From assembly GCA_040285855.1 (NCBI GenBank), contig JAUFOQ010000001.1, forward strand, positions 1,178,001 through 1,242,000: a stretch of 64,000 nucleotides of DNA, in the 5' to 3' direction. This DNA comes from Eukaryota sp. GEM-RC1 (lineage: Eukaryota). Shown piece by piece: positions 12,371 through 24,634 of this stretch. Numbering within the stretch: position 1 is the first letter of the stretch; each line of letters starts with the position of its first letter. The notes below the pieces were generated by a model. The model did not search any database, had not been told where the DNA came from, and was given only the letters and a program-made list of their open reading frames with translations. The translations under genes were made by a program, and so were the position numbers.

Positions 12371-13982
12371 ATACGTATTGGCTGAAAACGCCGACGTGGA
12401 ACTCACCTCAGATCCAGGATCCCATCCCAGCATCAATATGCTGAAGACTTCTCTTGGGAAGGAGGTACCCCCTTCTGAAAAAGAAAGTAAACCATCAACC
12501 CTTCCTCTCTCCGAGGATAAACAGGATGAGAATGTCCTTCTCAGTCCTGACGACAAGAGCGTTTCTCTTGCTCGTAAATCTTCGAGACTCAACGACAAGA
12601 GTGTCCCTCCTGTTCGTAAATCTCCCAAACTCAACGACAAGAGTGTCCCTCCTGTTCGTAAACCGAAGAGTGTCCCTCCTGTTCGTAAAACTAAGAGTGT
12701 CGCTTCGAAGAAGACTTCTTCTAAGAAGAGTAAGCTCAAAGTAACGTATCTTCCAAATGGGATAAAATCATCTGACCCAGATGATACCAGAACCCCTGAT
12801 CCCAACAAGAAGAGTTATGTAAACGACAAGAACTTCAATCGAGCAGGGATAGCTTTAAACCCTAAAGAACTCCGTGAAAATCGTGAACTCCACACGAAGC
12901 TGTTGATTGAAAGATATGGTGACATCAACGCCGAACTCATCCGTCTTGGGAAAGAACAGGCTGAACAGAATAAGTCAGCTTCAGAGGATGACTTGTCTCT
13001 CAGTCCCCTCCATGTTTCATCTCCAGACAAGACCCCCCAAAAAGACGACATTTCACCCAGCAGCGATTCCCTTCCTATCCCAATTCAAGACACAGGGAAT
13101 TCCAATCCCCTCGTGGAACAACTCCTGAAAGAGAACAATGATCTCAGAATGGAGATGTTAACGGTCATGAAGCAGTTGAGTACCCCTCAACCTAAGGCTT
13201 TAGATTCACCTATGGCGACCCCTAAGGTAATATCCAACTCCACCAAACCCAAAGGTGGCTCAATCTTCACTTTGCCCAGTGATACGAGCAAACTCCCTGG
13301 TATAACAGTACCTACTGCTTTTACCAATACCAAGTTTGAGTTCGGAGCTGATTCCCCCAGTTCCTTCATGGATGCAGCCACTGGCGTAGCTACCCCTGAA
13401 AACGCAAAGTTCGCTGAACTCGAAAACGAAACCCGCCGAGAATCCAAGCTCAAACCGCCTTACTTGCAGAAAACCGACCAGTTTTCTTGCCTGAATTTCG
13501 CTCTAGAGTGGCGCCGGTATTCCAGAGCCCGAGGTAAGAGCATTGATATATCCCAACATCTGCTCGAACTCGAAAACCAAGTACTGGCCTGGAGACAACT
13601 TGCCGAACCCACCACAGCAGATGAACTGTTCACTCCTTTCGAGGATGGACTATCCATCAACAAGACCACTTATGGCGAACCCCGTTATGGCCTCGATTTA
13701 GCCAGAGACCTTCTGCTAAACGTCGACATTAGAGGAATTCAACTCCATGTAGACCCTCACATCCTGAGCTCGTGGAAATCTGATGGCACCATCGCCAACT
13801 TCTTATGCAACTGGGCAATCTGGGAACGAATAATCCTCAGCTCCCAATTTGAATCCCCCCGATTGCAGACAACGCCCTTGCCGAATGCCGCATGGACTGG
13901 GACAAGTCATGGAGCTCCAACAAAGAGCGTTGGGATGACTTCCTTCGCCGCTTCACAATCGTGGCAAACATGTCCACCATGA
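12345..13982 (+). CDS. gag: Gag N-terminal part (low-complexity, basic KSVPPVRK repeats)
   Basis: First ORF of the LTR element, overlapping the next ORF in another frame. Its first ATG lies inside the 5' LTR. Confidence 0.7.
   Translation: MSTNSIQHQYVLAENADVELTSDPGSHPSINMLKTSLGKEVPPSEKESKPSTLPLSEDKQDENVLLSPDDKSVSLARKSSRLNDKSVPPVRKSPKLNDKSVPPVRKPKSVPPVRKTKSVASKKTSSKKSKLKVTYLPNGIKSSDPDDTRTPDPNKKSYVNDKNFNRAGIALNPKELRENRELHTKLLIERYGDINAELIRLGKEQAEQNKSASEDDLSLSPLHVSSPDKTPQKDDISPSSDSLPIPIQDTGNSNPLVEQLLKENNDLRMEMLTVMKQLSTPQPKALDSPMATPKVISNSTKPKGGSIFTLPSDTSKLPGITVPTAFTNTKFEFGADSPSSFMDAATGVATPENAKFAELENETRRESKLKPPYLQKTDQFSCLNFALEWRRYSRARGKSIDISQHLLELENQVLAWRQLAEPTTADELFTPFEDGLSINKTTYGEPRYGLDLARDLLLNVDIRGIQLHVDPHILSSWKSDGTIANFLCNWAIWERIILSSQFESPRLQTTPLPNAAWTGTSHGAPTKSVGMTSFAASQSWQTCPP
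12556..12700 (+). repeat. Coding tandem repeats aagagtgtccctcctgttcgtaaa (KSVPPVRK), 3 exact copies plus degenerate copies
   Basis: Seen directly in the DNA and in the translation. Confidence 0.85.
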
Positions 13983-16795
13983 TTGAACTGAACACCACTC
14001 AGTTGTACTGTTTCGAAGCCCGGGACATTCTAAAATACTTTGCCCACAACATCGGTATTCCAATCATCCGATCGGACACGAAGATCTTCTTCAAAGATAA
14101 AGCCTCCTTTGCTCAACTCAGCACAGTCGAGGTGTTCAAGGACCTGAAAGACCGGTACTTGAACTGGTGCAGCCAGAACATCCAACGTCAGAATATCAGA
14201 ACCCAATATATCTCAGATGCTAGATTCCTGGACACTACTCGTCCATCCACTCCCCCAATCACTGAGTCAGGTGCCGCCTATCTCCATCACTCGAGTGTCC
14301 CTCAATACAACAAGTTGAAGAACTTCCGTCCCTCCTTCGACTCTGACAGTGACTCAGACGTTAGAAATAGGAACCCCCGAAAAAAATCTCATAAACGTGG
14401 ACAATTCAGAGGTCCCGGTAAGAATCGCCAAAAGCCCAAGCACAGAGACACAGGATCTGAATCAGTATGTAAGTACTGCAAAGAGCCTGGCCATACAGTC
14501 GAAATGTGCCCCGATCCCAACTGCAGAGTATCCTCTTTAAACGCTGGTAAGTTTGAAGAAAGAAAACGCAGATCCGGTAGTGGTAATGTAGATTTAAAGC
14601 GTAATAAAAATGATAATTATTTGAATTTTTTGTCGACAACCTCGACACCAAGCTCTTACACCTCACACACACTCAACAATCCTATCAGCGAAATCCTCAA
14701 CGATACACCCAAGATTATGAGTATAACTCGCAACAACCAAGACAAATTCATTGCCCTGAACATGTCTGTTAACGATGTTTCAATATCCGGAACCATCGAT
14801 TCAGGCGCACAAGTCTCCGTCATCACTCAAGACTTAGTCGATCTCTGCAAGATGAACACCTCACAGGAAACAATCTCCTACATCACTGCAAATGGCACCC
14901 GTACATCGTCCTTAGGCACAGCCAAAGGTGTTCTTGCGTTCCAGCTCAATAGCGCAGCTAACCTAGTTTATATAGATCACTCCTTCCCTATTGTTACCGG
15001 TAATAAAACAATGCTCATCGGAATCGATTTATTAAACAAATTAGGGCTGTTGACAGAAGACAGCCTAGTCATTAGACTAGATAAAGAACATAACACCATC
15101 TTGAAAGATGAATCGGAATTCGATCACCTAATGAGCACACACTCACCAGTGAGGTCCAGACACACCGATCATTCCACATCATTCAATCCAGTTGAATCCG
15201 GTTGCACAATCGAATTAGACAATCAACTTCTAGAGGAAGAGCTCACATCCCTCTTAGAAGAATTCAGGATCATATTCCAGTCGACTCCCCATCCCGATGG
15301 AATAGATTGTCCCCCAATGGAAATACCCTTCCACGACGAATCAACTGTCGTCAAAAGGAAACCACGCTACTTCAATCCTGAGAAGCTAAAGATCGCCAAT
15401 GGCATCTTTGATGAACTTATCGAACAAGGTTTCGCCGTGTCATCCCCACAATCTAAGTTCTCAAGCCCTGTAGTACTCGTCACGTACCCTGATCATAGGA
15501 AACCACGTCTGACTGGAGATGACAGCGAAACAGGAGGTGTTAACGATTCAACAGTCCCGATAGCATCCGACCTGCCCAACATCGCTGACGTGATCACATT
15601 CTTACCAGCAGCAAACTTCATTGCAACACTCGATCTCCCCAAGGCCTTTTGGCAACTCAAAGTTGCTCCAAAAGATATGGACAAAACTGCTTTAACAATC
15701 CCTGGCAGAACAATCAAGTTCACCAGAGCTCCATTCGGCCTGAAAAATGTACCAGCAATTTTTCAAAACCTGATGACAGAGATCTTCGCAATGGATGGAG
15801 TCTTCATCTATCTAGATGACATCATAGTTATAGCTTCAGTGTTCGATGAATTTATAACTCGACTTCGAGCAGTTTTCAATAAAGCACAATCCGCTAGAGT
15901 AACCCTCGGCATCCACAAGTGCAAGTTTGTAACCCACAAACACCCAATCAAGATATTAGGCAGTATCTTCCACAACAAAACCAGATTAATCGATGATGTC
16001 AGAATCAAAGCTGTCCTTGAAATTCCAAATCCCAAGACAGTAAAAGATGTAAGAAGCCTCGTAGGTTCAATCAACTACATCAGAGACTGGTTACCAGGAA
16101 TCTCCCAATTGTTAGCCCCAATTATCGCCCTGACCAAAGGAAAACCTAAAGGCGTAAAATGGGAACACAAACACCAACGAGCTTTTGATTCAATCAAAAA
16201 TTTGATAGTCCATCAAATACCACTCGACCTTCCTGGCCCCAATAGTAACATCCTCATTAGCGCAGACGCTTCTCACCTCGCTGTTGGAGGTGTCATCTGG
16301 AACGAAATCTCTCCAAGTCCACCAGGTACACCATTGATAAAACGAAAGGTTCAACCTATTAGTTTCTTCAGCCGTATACTGTCCGATTCTCAGCTCAACT
16401 GGGCGACCATCCAGAAAGAGCTTTACGCCATCCTCATCATCTTGACTGAGTCGAGCTTGGCTAACTTCCTCAAGACTAGGCACCTTACAATCTTCACAGA
16501 TCACAAGAACCTAGCATACCTCATTTCGTGTCCCGATAAGAACAGAATGGTTAAAAGAAGGCTCTTCGTACTTTCAGAATACCAATTCGACATCGTACAC
16601 ACATCTGGAGTTGACAACCACTGGGCAGACATGCTCTCACGGTTATGTCGCCACCAATCTCCCATCCAGCAATCCGCTGCACAACCTACTGATGATCCAG
16701 TAGCCGTTACAAGAATTGATCACACCGATCTCCCCTCAATTAACAGTCTCCGTGAAGTTCCACAAAAGATCTCCCAATCTTCAGCAATTGGTTGA
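13892..16795 (+). CDS. pol: Gag C-terminus plus Pol: zinc knuckle, protease, reverse transcriptase, RNase H
   Basis: CKYCKEPGHTVEMC, IDSGA, LDLPKAFWQ, PFGLKN, YLDD, DAS, KELYA, TDHKNL, NHWADMLSR. Confidence 0.95.
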   Translation: MDWDKSWSSNKERWDDFLRRFTIVANMSTMIELNTTQLYCFEARDILKYFAHNIGIPIIRSDTKIFFKDKASFAQLSTVEVFKDLKDRYLNWCSQNIQRQNIRTQYISDARFLDTTRPSTPPITESGAAYLHHSSVPQYNKLKNFRPSFDSDSDSDVRNRNPRKKSHKRGQFRGPGKNRQKPKHRDTGSESVCKYCKEPGHTVEMCPDPNCRVSSLNAGKFEERKRRSGSGNVDLKRNKNDNYLNFLSTTSTPSSYTSHTLNNPISEILNDTPKIMSITRNNQDKFIALNMSVNDVSISGTIDSGAQVSVITQDLVDLCKMNTSQETISYITANGTRTSSLGTAKGVLAFQLNSAANLVYIDHSFPIVTGNKTMLIGIDLLNKLGLLTEDSLVIRLDKEHNTILKDESEFDHLMSTHSPVRSRHTDHSTSFNPVESGCTIELDNQLLEEELTSLLEEFRIIFQSTPHPDGIDCPPMEIPFHDESTVVKRKPRYFNPEKLKIANGIFDELIEQGFAVSSPQSKFSSPVVLVTYPDHRKPRLTGDDSETGGVNDSTVPIASDLPNIADVITFLPAANFIATLDLPKAFWQLKVAPKDMDKTALTIPGRTIKFTRAPFGLKNVPAIFQNLMTEIFAMDGVFIYLDDIIVIASVFDEFITRLRAVFNKAQSARVTLGIHKCKFVTHKHPIKILGSIFHNKTRLIDDVRIKAVLEIPNPKTVKDVRSLVGSINYIRDWLPGISQLLAPIIALTKGKPKGVKWEHKHQRAFDSIKNLIVHQIPLDLPGPNSNILISADASHLAVGGVIWNEISPSPPGTPLIKRKVQPISFFSRILSDSQLNWATIQKELYAILIILTESSLANFLKTRHLTIFTDHKNLAYLISCPDKNRMVKRRLFVLSEYQFDIVHTSGVDNHWADMLSRLCRHQSPIQQSAAQPTDDPVAVTRIDHTDLPSINSLREVPQKISQSSAIG

Positions 16796-18277
16796 GCAGA
16801 ATCCGTTCCGAACAATTCAAAGCGATTGAGTCAAACGAACCCCTCTTCAACAACACAACATTCAACGATAGAGTACAGTTATATCTAACCAACGACAAGA
16901 AAATCCTGATCCCCTTGTCCCTCAGGAAATCCGCCTTGCTCAACATCCATGGATTAGTACAATCTGGTCATCCCAGTATAGCAACATCAGTTAAAAACCT
17001 TAACGACAGCGACTACGGGTGGCCTAACATGAAAAGACGATCTAGTCAATCACATCAAGAGCTGTCCCTCATGCCAAAAGACATCCCCTGTCAAAAGGGA
17101 TCAAATCCCTCACTCAGGATCACTTTGGGCCGATAAACCATTCGCCAAAGTTAATGTAGACACTATTGGTCCATTATCCCCTGACGCTGAAGGTAACCGT
17201 TACATCCTAGTATTTGTAGATTCTTTCACAAGATTCACTATATTAGCCCCAATCAATGAACTGAACGCTAAAGAAGTTGTATATGCACTCGTGTTCAACG
17301 TATGTGGTATATTCGGTATCCCCTATTCCATCCACAGCGACAACGGTCCTGAATTTGCTAACGCAACATTCAACGCAGTCTGTCAACTGCTGGCAATTGA
17401 TAACACAACATTTATCCCCCACTTTTCTCAATCTAACGGGTTAGTCGAGAGACGTCATCGCGATGTCTTAAGAAATCTTCAACGTTTCCTAATCGACTTT
17501 GGAACATTCGACAACTGGACCGAATACCTTCCCTTCGTACAACTCCAGCTAAATGCAACAAAGAATCGTTACACTGAACACACCCCTTATGAACTAATGT
17601 TTGGGTCCTCTTTTGGGCCTAAGGCAGATCCTAGTATCATACTCAGTGCCCTCGAAGCTTCCAATTTAAGTATCCCTTTTATCGAAGACCTTCAAAGAAA
17701 AAACGAGAGAATCCGGGAAAGGCAAGAATCAGCAAGTAGCAATCAATCGTCAAAGAGACCCCCTAAGTCCAATAAATCAAATCCATTTGAAATTGGCGAT
17801 CTGATCCTCAGATCCTCTAAGACTGCTACTAAGCTTCATGGCAAACACTCTGGCCCATTCCTGGTCATCGCGCTCCTTTCATCATCATCCTTGAAAATCA
17901 AGAACCTTGTATCTGGCATTGAATCCCAAGCTAGTGTACATCAATGCAAACTCTACCATTCTGACCTTCCATCAGATCATGGCATCCACCAACAAGTTGC
18001 AGCTGGTGATAAGGAAGAACATGTCATCACTGAAGTGTTAGATCAATTCGACTCACCTGAAGGTCCAATGTGTTCTGTATTATGGTATGGAGGAGATATC
18101 ACTGCAGTTGCTACTTCAAGTATTAAAAACACTAAGGCATTTATGGCGTTTAAGAACAATAATAATAATCCTTGCATAGACCAGAGAAAGAGATCATCCT
18201 CAGAAGCTAATCCTAACAAGACTCCCATAGCTAAGAGAACTCGAAGAAGAACTGGTTCGAAGAAGGAGAAGAAGTAG
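16792..18277 (+). pseudogene. Integrase (HHCC, DDE core, chromodomain-like tail), interrupted by frameshifts
   Basis: IHGLVQSGHP in one frame, then CPSCQK, VDTIGP, SDNGPEF, SNGLVER and GPF in another. The stop TAG abuts the 3' LTR. Confidence 0.9.
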
Positions 18278-18362
18278 TGTAGATTATCATAGTATGAGAA
18301 TCATAGATTATAAACCAACTTAATTTCATTCATTGTATGTCCACTAACTCCATACAGCATCA
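18278..18362 (+). repeat. 3' LTR (85 bp)
   Basis: Direct repeat of 12286-12370, preceded by the polypurine tract. Confidence 0.95.
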
Positions 18363-18479
18363 ACCCGGCACTAAAATTAACTTGGGTGCGACGAAATAAA
18401 TCTGAGTTTAGTCTTCACCTGACTAAATAACTCGAATTGAACTATTGTTTAAACATTCCCCTAATAGTTCACTACTCTT

Positions 18480-19030
18480 CGAGTCTTGATCTTCTTTGTA
18501 TGTCAAATGGCTTACAACTGCTTTACTCATTATGGTCAATGGACTGAGAGTTTGAGATTAGATTCTCTCAAACTAAGAAACATTTTGGAATACATGCTGT
18601 ACGCATTTCGAACTATGGTAGGAACACTTCAACAGAATTTTTGGGAGTTTGTGTTGCATTTTCTGGTAAGAACGAACTTACTATGCCGGGTTTAATTCAC
18701 TTTGAAGCTGATGATACTCACCAAACTCCTCTCAATCGCAGTGATACTGTTTTGCTGGTAGCTGAAAAGGGCATCGAAATTGTTGACATGGTCTTGAATG
18801 ACATTGATCGGGACATAAGTTCTTTGCTATTTTTGATTGATGACAACTCCGCGACAAACACGCATATTGCTAATACACTGCTGATCCCCTTCATTAATTC
18901 TGCTTCCCACCGATTTGCTCTAGAAGTCAGAAATTACTCAAATGATGCTGACGAGATCTTACTGAAGCCTAAAACTTGCAAAGAAAGAAAGCCTTACGGA
19001 AGGAATCATATCCAATGTTAAACAACGATG
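18480..19030 (+). mobile_element. hAT-family transposase relic
   Basis: LLFLIDDNSATN...IPFINSASHRFALEV resembles the hAT 'GDN..N...GCASHR.NL.V' segment. Confidence 0.6.
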
Positions 19031-19604
19031 ACGTCATGGTTATCAGCTATCACTAACATTATATAAGGTGAATAATTTGTTTCGTGAACTTCGTTACGTC
19101 AAGAATTCTCCAATTTTGCGGACCTGACAGATACTCGTTCACTTAATCAATGGCACCAAATGGTCCCCTGCAATCAGCATGGTTAGATACCAGTTCAAAT
19201 TTCTATTTTTGGGTATTTAATAATACCTAGGAAATACACGAACACATTTCCAAACACAAATACAGATACAAAATACAGATACAAAAATACCAATACCGAT
19301 ACAAAGACATCATTGGTCACTAGATTCTTCTGTTGACGTGGCATTGTACTTCTGATTGTTGTTAGACAGGTTTGTATTTCATAAACACAGTTAAACATAT
19401 ATTGGATCGCATGTATTCCAAATTTGTATTCCAACCTTTTGCTGTTTCTCATGTTGGATCGATTAGTCCTGCTGGTGAACAATTTTACAAGGATTTCGAA
19501 GAACTTTGTAAAGAATAGAAGCGTCAGTTTCGAAAATCTGAGTGAAAAAAGCATATTGTGTTGTCCATCTATAGAAATATGCCTTTCTATTGCTCTACTA
19601 TAAA

Positions 19605-20975
19605 TAAACTCGAGAACCCCATTGACTTCTCACATCTTCCCGTGGATTCCGAAAACTTCTTTGCTTTCATCAAGTCCTTTTTCGGAAAGTCATTCACCCT
19701 CAACGAGAGCAACGCCTACAACTTCTTTTACCTCGTCCACTACTTCCAAGTGGACAAACTCATTCACCACGTGGAAAACCACCTAAACACTCATCTCGTG
19801 ACCTGGGCTTGGTTAAAACCATTCATTAAAGAAAAAGATGAAAGAAATGACTTGAGAGCTTTGGAATTCGTTGGTCCTTTTTTTCTAAGATTGATGACCT
19901 AGTGATTGATGACGTGATGGCAATCACTATTGAAGGGTTTAAAACTCTTGTCAAATATTGTACTTCCACTCACTCACAGTTGTGGTTCTTCAAATCAATG
20001 GTGGAATCAATTTTGAATCACGGTTTTGATGTGAGTGAATTTTTAAATGTCTTAAATTCTTGTTCAATTGAAGCCTTTTCTTTTCAGCAATGGGATGAGT
20101 TTCTGTTTGTTCCTTTAAAAGATGTGGAAGAATTGAAAGCCGATTTGATGAAGTTTTTGTTTACAAGAGTTAAGAATCTTTATTTTGATTCGTTGGTGAA
20201 GGAAGTTTCTGAATTGACAGCCAAAATCACTGAATTAAACTCACTTACTACTGATTTAAAAACGGAAAATCAGGACTTAAAGACAGAAAATACTAGTTTA
20301 TCCAAAGAAGTTCATGAGTCAATATCTCATTTGAAAACTACAAATTCTGCTTTAACAACTGATATTCAGAAGTTAACCGCTACAAATTCCAACTCACTTA
20401 ACGAAATTACTAAATTACAACAAGAAATTGAACAACTAAAAAAGACAGCTACAGAAACTCAACTGATGTCTCAATCAGTTCCTCAATCAAAAGTGATTAG
20501 ATTTTCTCAGACTCAGAAACATTCTCAGTTACAAGTTAGTGGGGATAGGAAGAGAGTTGTTTATGGAAGTGGTAGTAATGGGTGTAGAAATATATTGGGA
20601 GAAGATCCACTTCTTTCAGGTAATGTGTATACTTGGAAGTTGAGGTACCAGGGGACTACTTGTAGTCTTTTTGTTGGAGTTATTGACGGGTCAAAGTTTG
20701 TAGTTGATGGTGATTGTTTCGATAATACTCACTGTCGTTCAAATAGTGGTAATACCATTGGTGGGTGTCTCTCAGGAAACACTACTCAGTGGAATCCTGG
20801 TGAATTACTCGAAATCAATGCAAATCTAGTTAACAACACTTTAACAATCAAATCCGTGAGTAATTCCTCAATTAATCTTTCTGGAACTCTTCACAGATTA
20901 AGTAGTGGTAATTATTATCCATTTGCTTCATTATTTTATAGTGATCATGAACTTGAAACCGTTGAATATAGTTGA
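19605..20975 (+). pseudogene. BTB-CC-SPRY copy 3, 5'-truncated, frameshift in a T run near 19880
   Basis: ORFs 19558-19902 and 19902-20975 join to give the family sequence from KLENPIDF onward. Long coiled coil. Confidence 0.85.
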
Positions 20976-22479
20976 TAACGTTGACATTGTGGTTATGTGT
21001 TCTCGTTTAAAGGAGTGATTCAAATTACCATCTGTAACAGGGAAGCTAATTAGAGTAGAAGACTGCTCTGGATGCTGGAACGAAAGCGATGTCCGGTGAC
21101 GAAGTTCTGTAATTCTGGTGAACTCTTGGAAGATATATATATATCAATGACAGGGTACGATGACTCTTGTTTGCCATTACTAATTAATCATTACTAATCC
21201 ATGATGAAATTCCTGATGGATCTACAAAAAGTAATTTACGCACCCACCACAGATCTATTAGTAAAACGGATGACCGTACAAAATCTTTAAAGAAAGAATG
21301 AAATACTAGGAACAACATACATGTATTTCTATACTCTACTTAGTACAGATTGCGGTAACAAATGTTTGAAGGAATGGCCTGGAAATTCTTGCATTTGTTA
21401 GCTACAAAAATTGCCTTACGATCATTTAGAAGTAGACCGTCGCATTTGATATAATGTTTGAAACACGGAAATTGTTACAGAAAATGAATTTAACACCAAC
21501 TGTGAGAGTAAACAAACAGTAGGATGCTGCTCGGAGAATAGAAGAATGTCTATGTACCAGCAACAAAATTGTCTAAAATAGAAAACAAATCAAATAGTGT
21601 TAACATGGAACACACGACAACAAATATTTACCATTTATAGCGATAGTTTTGGATACACACATGGCAATTTAATCAATGAGTGGATGAATGCAGCGGTTGA
21701 TAATTGATGTATTTACAATCGTACGTCACATTGCTGTCTCTAGGAGATGTAGGACGGTCGTCACAGTCGTCTCTTACCTCAAGAAGTTTTCACAGCTCTG
21801 TTAGTAGAAAAGACAGGAAAAATTACTTGTATTGTAATCAATGATATTCATTTATTGTATTGTATTACGGTACTCGTACAAAACAAACGTGGGATGTATT
21901 GTATCAATATTATTTGTTGTGCAATTATATATTTCCAGTCACTGGTTTATTTGCTATGATATGGTTTGTGGAACTATGCATCACCAATAATTTCTTCAGC
22001 CTACGTTAATTTATTGTCTTCTGTAAAGACAGCACACAATTTAACTCATACTTTAAAAAAGTTTAGAAGCTCCTTTACAGCTAACAATTCTTATAATTTG
22101 ACAATACTTTCTGAATAAAAGCACATCTACGATTATTTACACCAAGTGCTTTTCCTTCTTCTTATTCAACGACACACGACAAAAGAAGTTGTGTGATCCG
22201 AATTGACCCTCTCTTTGATTCACATTGTTTGGAGAAGCTGGAGAAATTTAGGCCATAGACTTCTTCAGGTAAATTAAACAGAAAACATTGACAGCCTTCT
22301 GTGTTTCTGTAAACTTGAAACATGAGACAATTGCACCAATAAAATACCATGTGCTACCTCTTCAATTGCTTTCTAAGCAGTGTTTCACAGTGTGAAGAAG
22401 TTTCTCTTTAGAAAGATGGAGTACGGATAGGGGTTTAGTTATTCGAATATTATTTTGGTGGTGATACATTATGATGGTA

Positions 22480-22872
22480 AAAATTTACACGTTAGAGTTC
22501 TGTGTAATCAGTTGTGGATTTAGACATTCTCTATAATAAAGTGAGTTAACTACCAAGATTACTTCTCGTCGACACAATTCGTTTGTTTTTCATACTTTTG
22601 CTATTTCACGGAAAAATACGTTTGGAAATTTGGGAGCAAAATTTCTCTCCTCTTTCAGTAAATTGTGTAGCAATATGGAAAGAAATTTAATAATTACAGT
22701 AGTGATTGGAGAGGAATGTTGGCATTTTGACTCTTTGAACAGTGTTTCAGGTTATTGGATTCGATTTTGATTCATCTCTTCCAATTCAATGTGAGATGCT
22801 TTAGAGGTGACGATATCTCATTTAATGAACTTAATAGTATTTTTTCTTTGTTAGTATATCGGTACTGTTTTT
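22480..22872 (+). mobile_element. Decayed 3' end of the RLE non-LTR family (duplicated at about 38100-38492)
   Basis: tctcgtcgacacaattcgtttgtttttcat...ttttgctatttc and agcaatatggaaagaaattt align with 11260-11500. Ends in gtttttt. Confidence 0.7.
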
Positions 22873-22999
22873 TGTTGTTGATAAACATCACAGTTCTTTT
22901 GTTTTTACACTCTGTTTTACAAGGTAGCTGCTGCGAATTCAATTAGATCATGTTACCTGCATAACAGTAACCAAAAAGAACAAGTTTCGGAGTCAAAAC

Positions 23000-23610
23000 C
23001 AGGGATGCCAAATATTGGATTGGCAATATATTGGTATTGGAACATGACTTGCCAATCAGTACTGTACTGGATCCAATATATTGGTCAATATTGCAACATC
23101 AGTTGATGCAACTCATCAAGTAAAAACTAACTAAAAGCATCATACATTTAATCTTTCTCATCTTCTACACTCCGATGTGATACACATGCAGTTCTGATTG
23201 TGCTAACGTTCCAAAGACCATGAGAAGGATGTTGAAGTGGAGCTAAAGCTAACGTTCAAGTCTTTCAAAAAAAAAGGCAGAAACGATTGTGTCCCATACA
23301 AAGTTTCACACGAGAAAACAATCTTTCAACTACGATTAAATATTAAATCCACATAAGTCTTGTTTGCAATTATTCTGCTTATTAACATGCCCAATTACTA
23401 GTAGATTAGACCAACCAGAACCTGTTTTACATTTACAAATCTGTCCACAAACACATTTCCAAGTCTCTGTTTTGTCAACTGTCGATTGTAGTGCGTCAAA
23501 CACCTCACATATGACCTTGTTAATTGGCATGGTGAAAAAATATTTTCAGTATTTTGACTCTTCATTAGCATTGTATTGTATTGGCAATATTGGCAATATA
23601 TTGGTATTGG
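23000..23610 (-). mobile_element. hAT-type relic with BED-finger fragment (duplicated at 38620-39229)
   Basis: End sequence cagggatgcc, subterminal tattgg/ccaata repeats at both ends, and minus-strand WKCVCGQICKCKTGSGWSNLL..H. The right TIR is missing. Confidence 0.65.
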
Positions 23611-24634
23611 AAAACCGTCGACCAATGACTCATAGCACACGTCACTATCTGTTGATTTTAGTTAGTCAGTAGTTAATGTAAGGGGAGAACTGCATGTCGA
23701 GACATTGAGTTCAGTTCAGACAATCATAGAGAAGTGTCTCATGATTGATTTTGTTGAAGGGTTATCATGATAGGTTTTGCTCAATCATTTTTGATTTTGA
23801 CACTTCTATGATACACAAAGGAATCATTTTTGGGGTGACTGTTGTGATATACCAATACATAATATTGTGTTTAGATTAAAACATTATTAACACATATAGC
23901 GTATTCCGTGAATCACAATCCCAGATGAGTTTTGTGGGTGAATTGTAAACGGAAACGCTGAGATCAAAAAAGACAATTACAAGTGTCTTGTCCTTAGTAA
24001 AGGTGTAGTGAGTTTAGGGATGTATTGAAACACTGGTATGTGCCTATGCATTAGGCGTTAATTTCCAGAAACAAGTTTAAAGCCAAAAGAATGTTTCAGA
24101 TCCAACTCAGAAACAACAAAACATAAATTCTGCTCTTTGGGACCTTTAAATGGCTGGAAATGAAGAGTTAATTTGTTGATCAGTAGAATAATTGTTCATT
24201 TTTTGAGTCAATTCTTGCTTCTTACAATGATTTAACTAACCTTAGTAATTTTGTACTGAATGTTAGGAAAAAGTTGCGGAAGAGAGAAGAAATCCAACAC
24301 GAACAAAAAAAAACTTTTTAGGTAATGTTGGTATATTTGTTGCTGCAAATGAATATATCCCACAAGTGGACAAGTTGATCTCTCCTGATTGGTTCAAATA
24401 TTTCTTGCAAACAATTAGAATGACTTCAAGGTGATATTTCTGTAGGAGAAAATTATTTGACATTGTCTACTTTTTGGTAAAACAATGTCATTTGGTTATA
24501 ATTTGGGATGATTGGAAGTGTTTATCCAATTTATGTTATACACTAAACCGATGGAAGACATCATAATCATCTTAAGTGATATCACTGATACCTTAAAGGG
24601 GTTATGTAAAACGTGTTTATAAATAGATGCTATA

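Larger units (their letters stand above)
12286..18362 (+). mobile_element. Full-length Ty3/gypsy LTR retrotransposon (6077 bp)
   Basis: 85-bp TG...CA LTRs, 4-bp TSD ACCC (12282-12285 and 18363-18366), PPT agaaggagaagaag, and domain order gag-CCHC-PR-RT-RH-IN. Confidence 0.96.

Noticed and set aside
13853..13982. Programmed gag-pol ribosomal frameshift
   Set aside because: The break lies upstream of the zinc knuckle, inside gag, and gag C-terminus and protease are already in one frame. A mutation or sequencing error is more likely.
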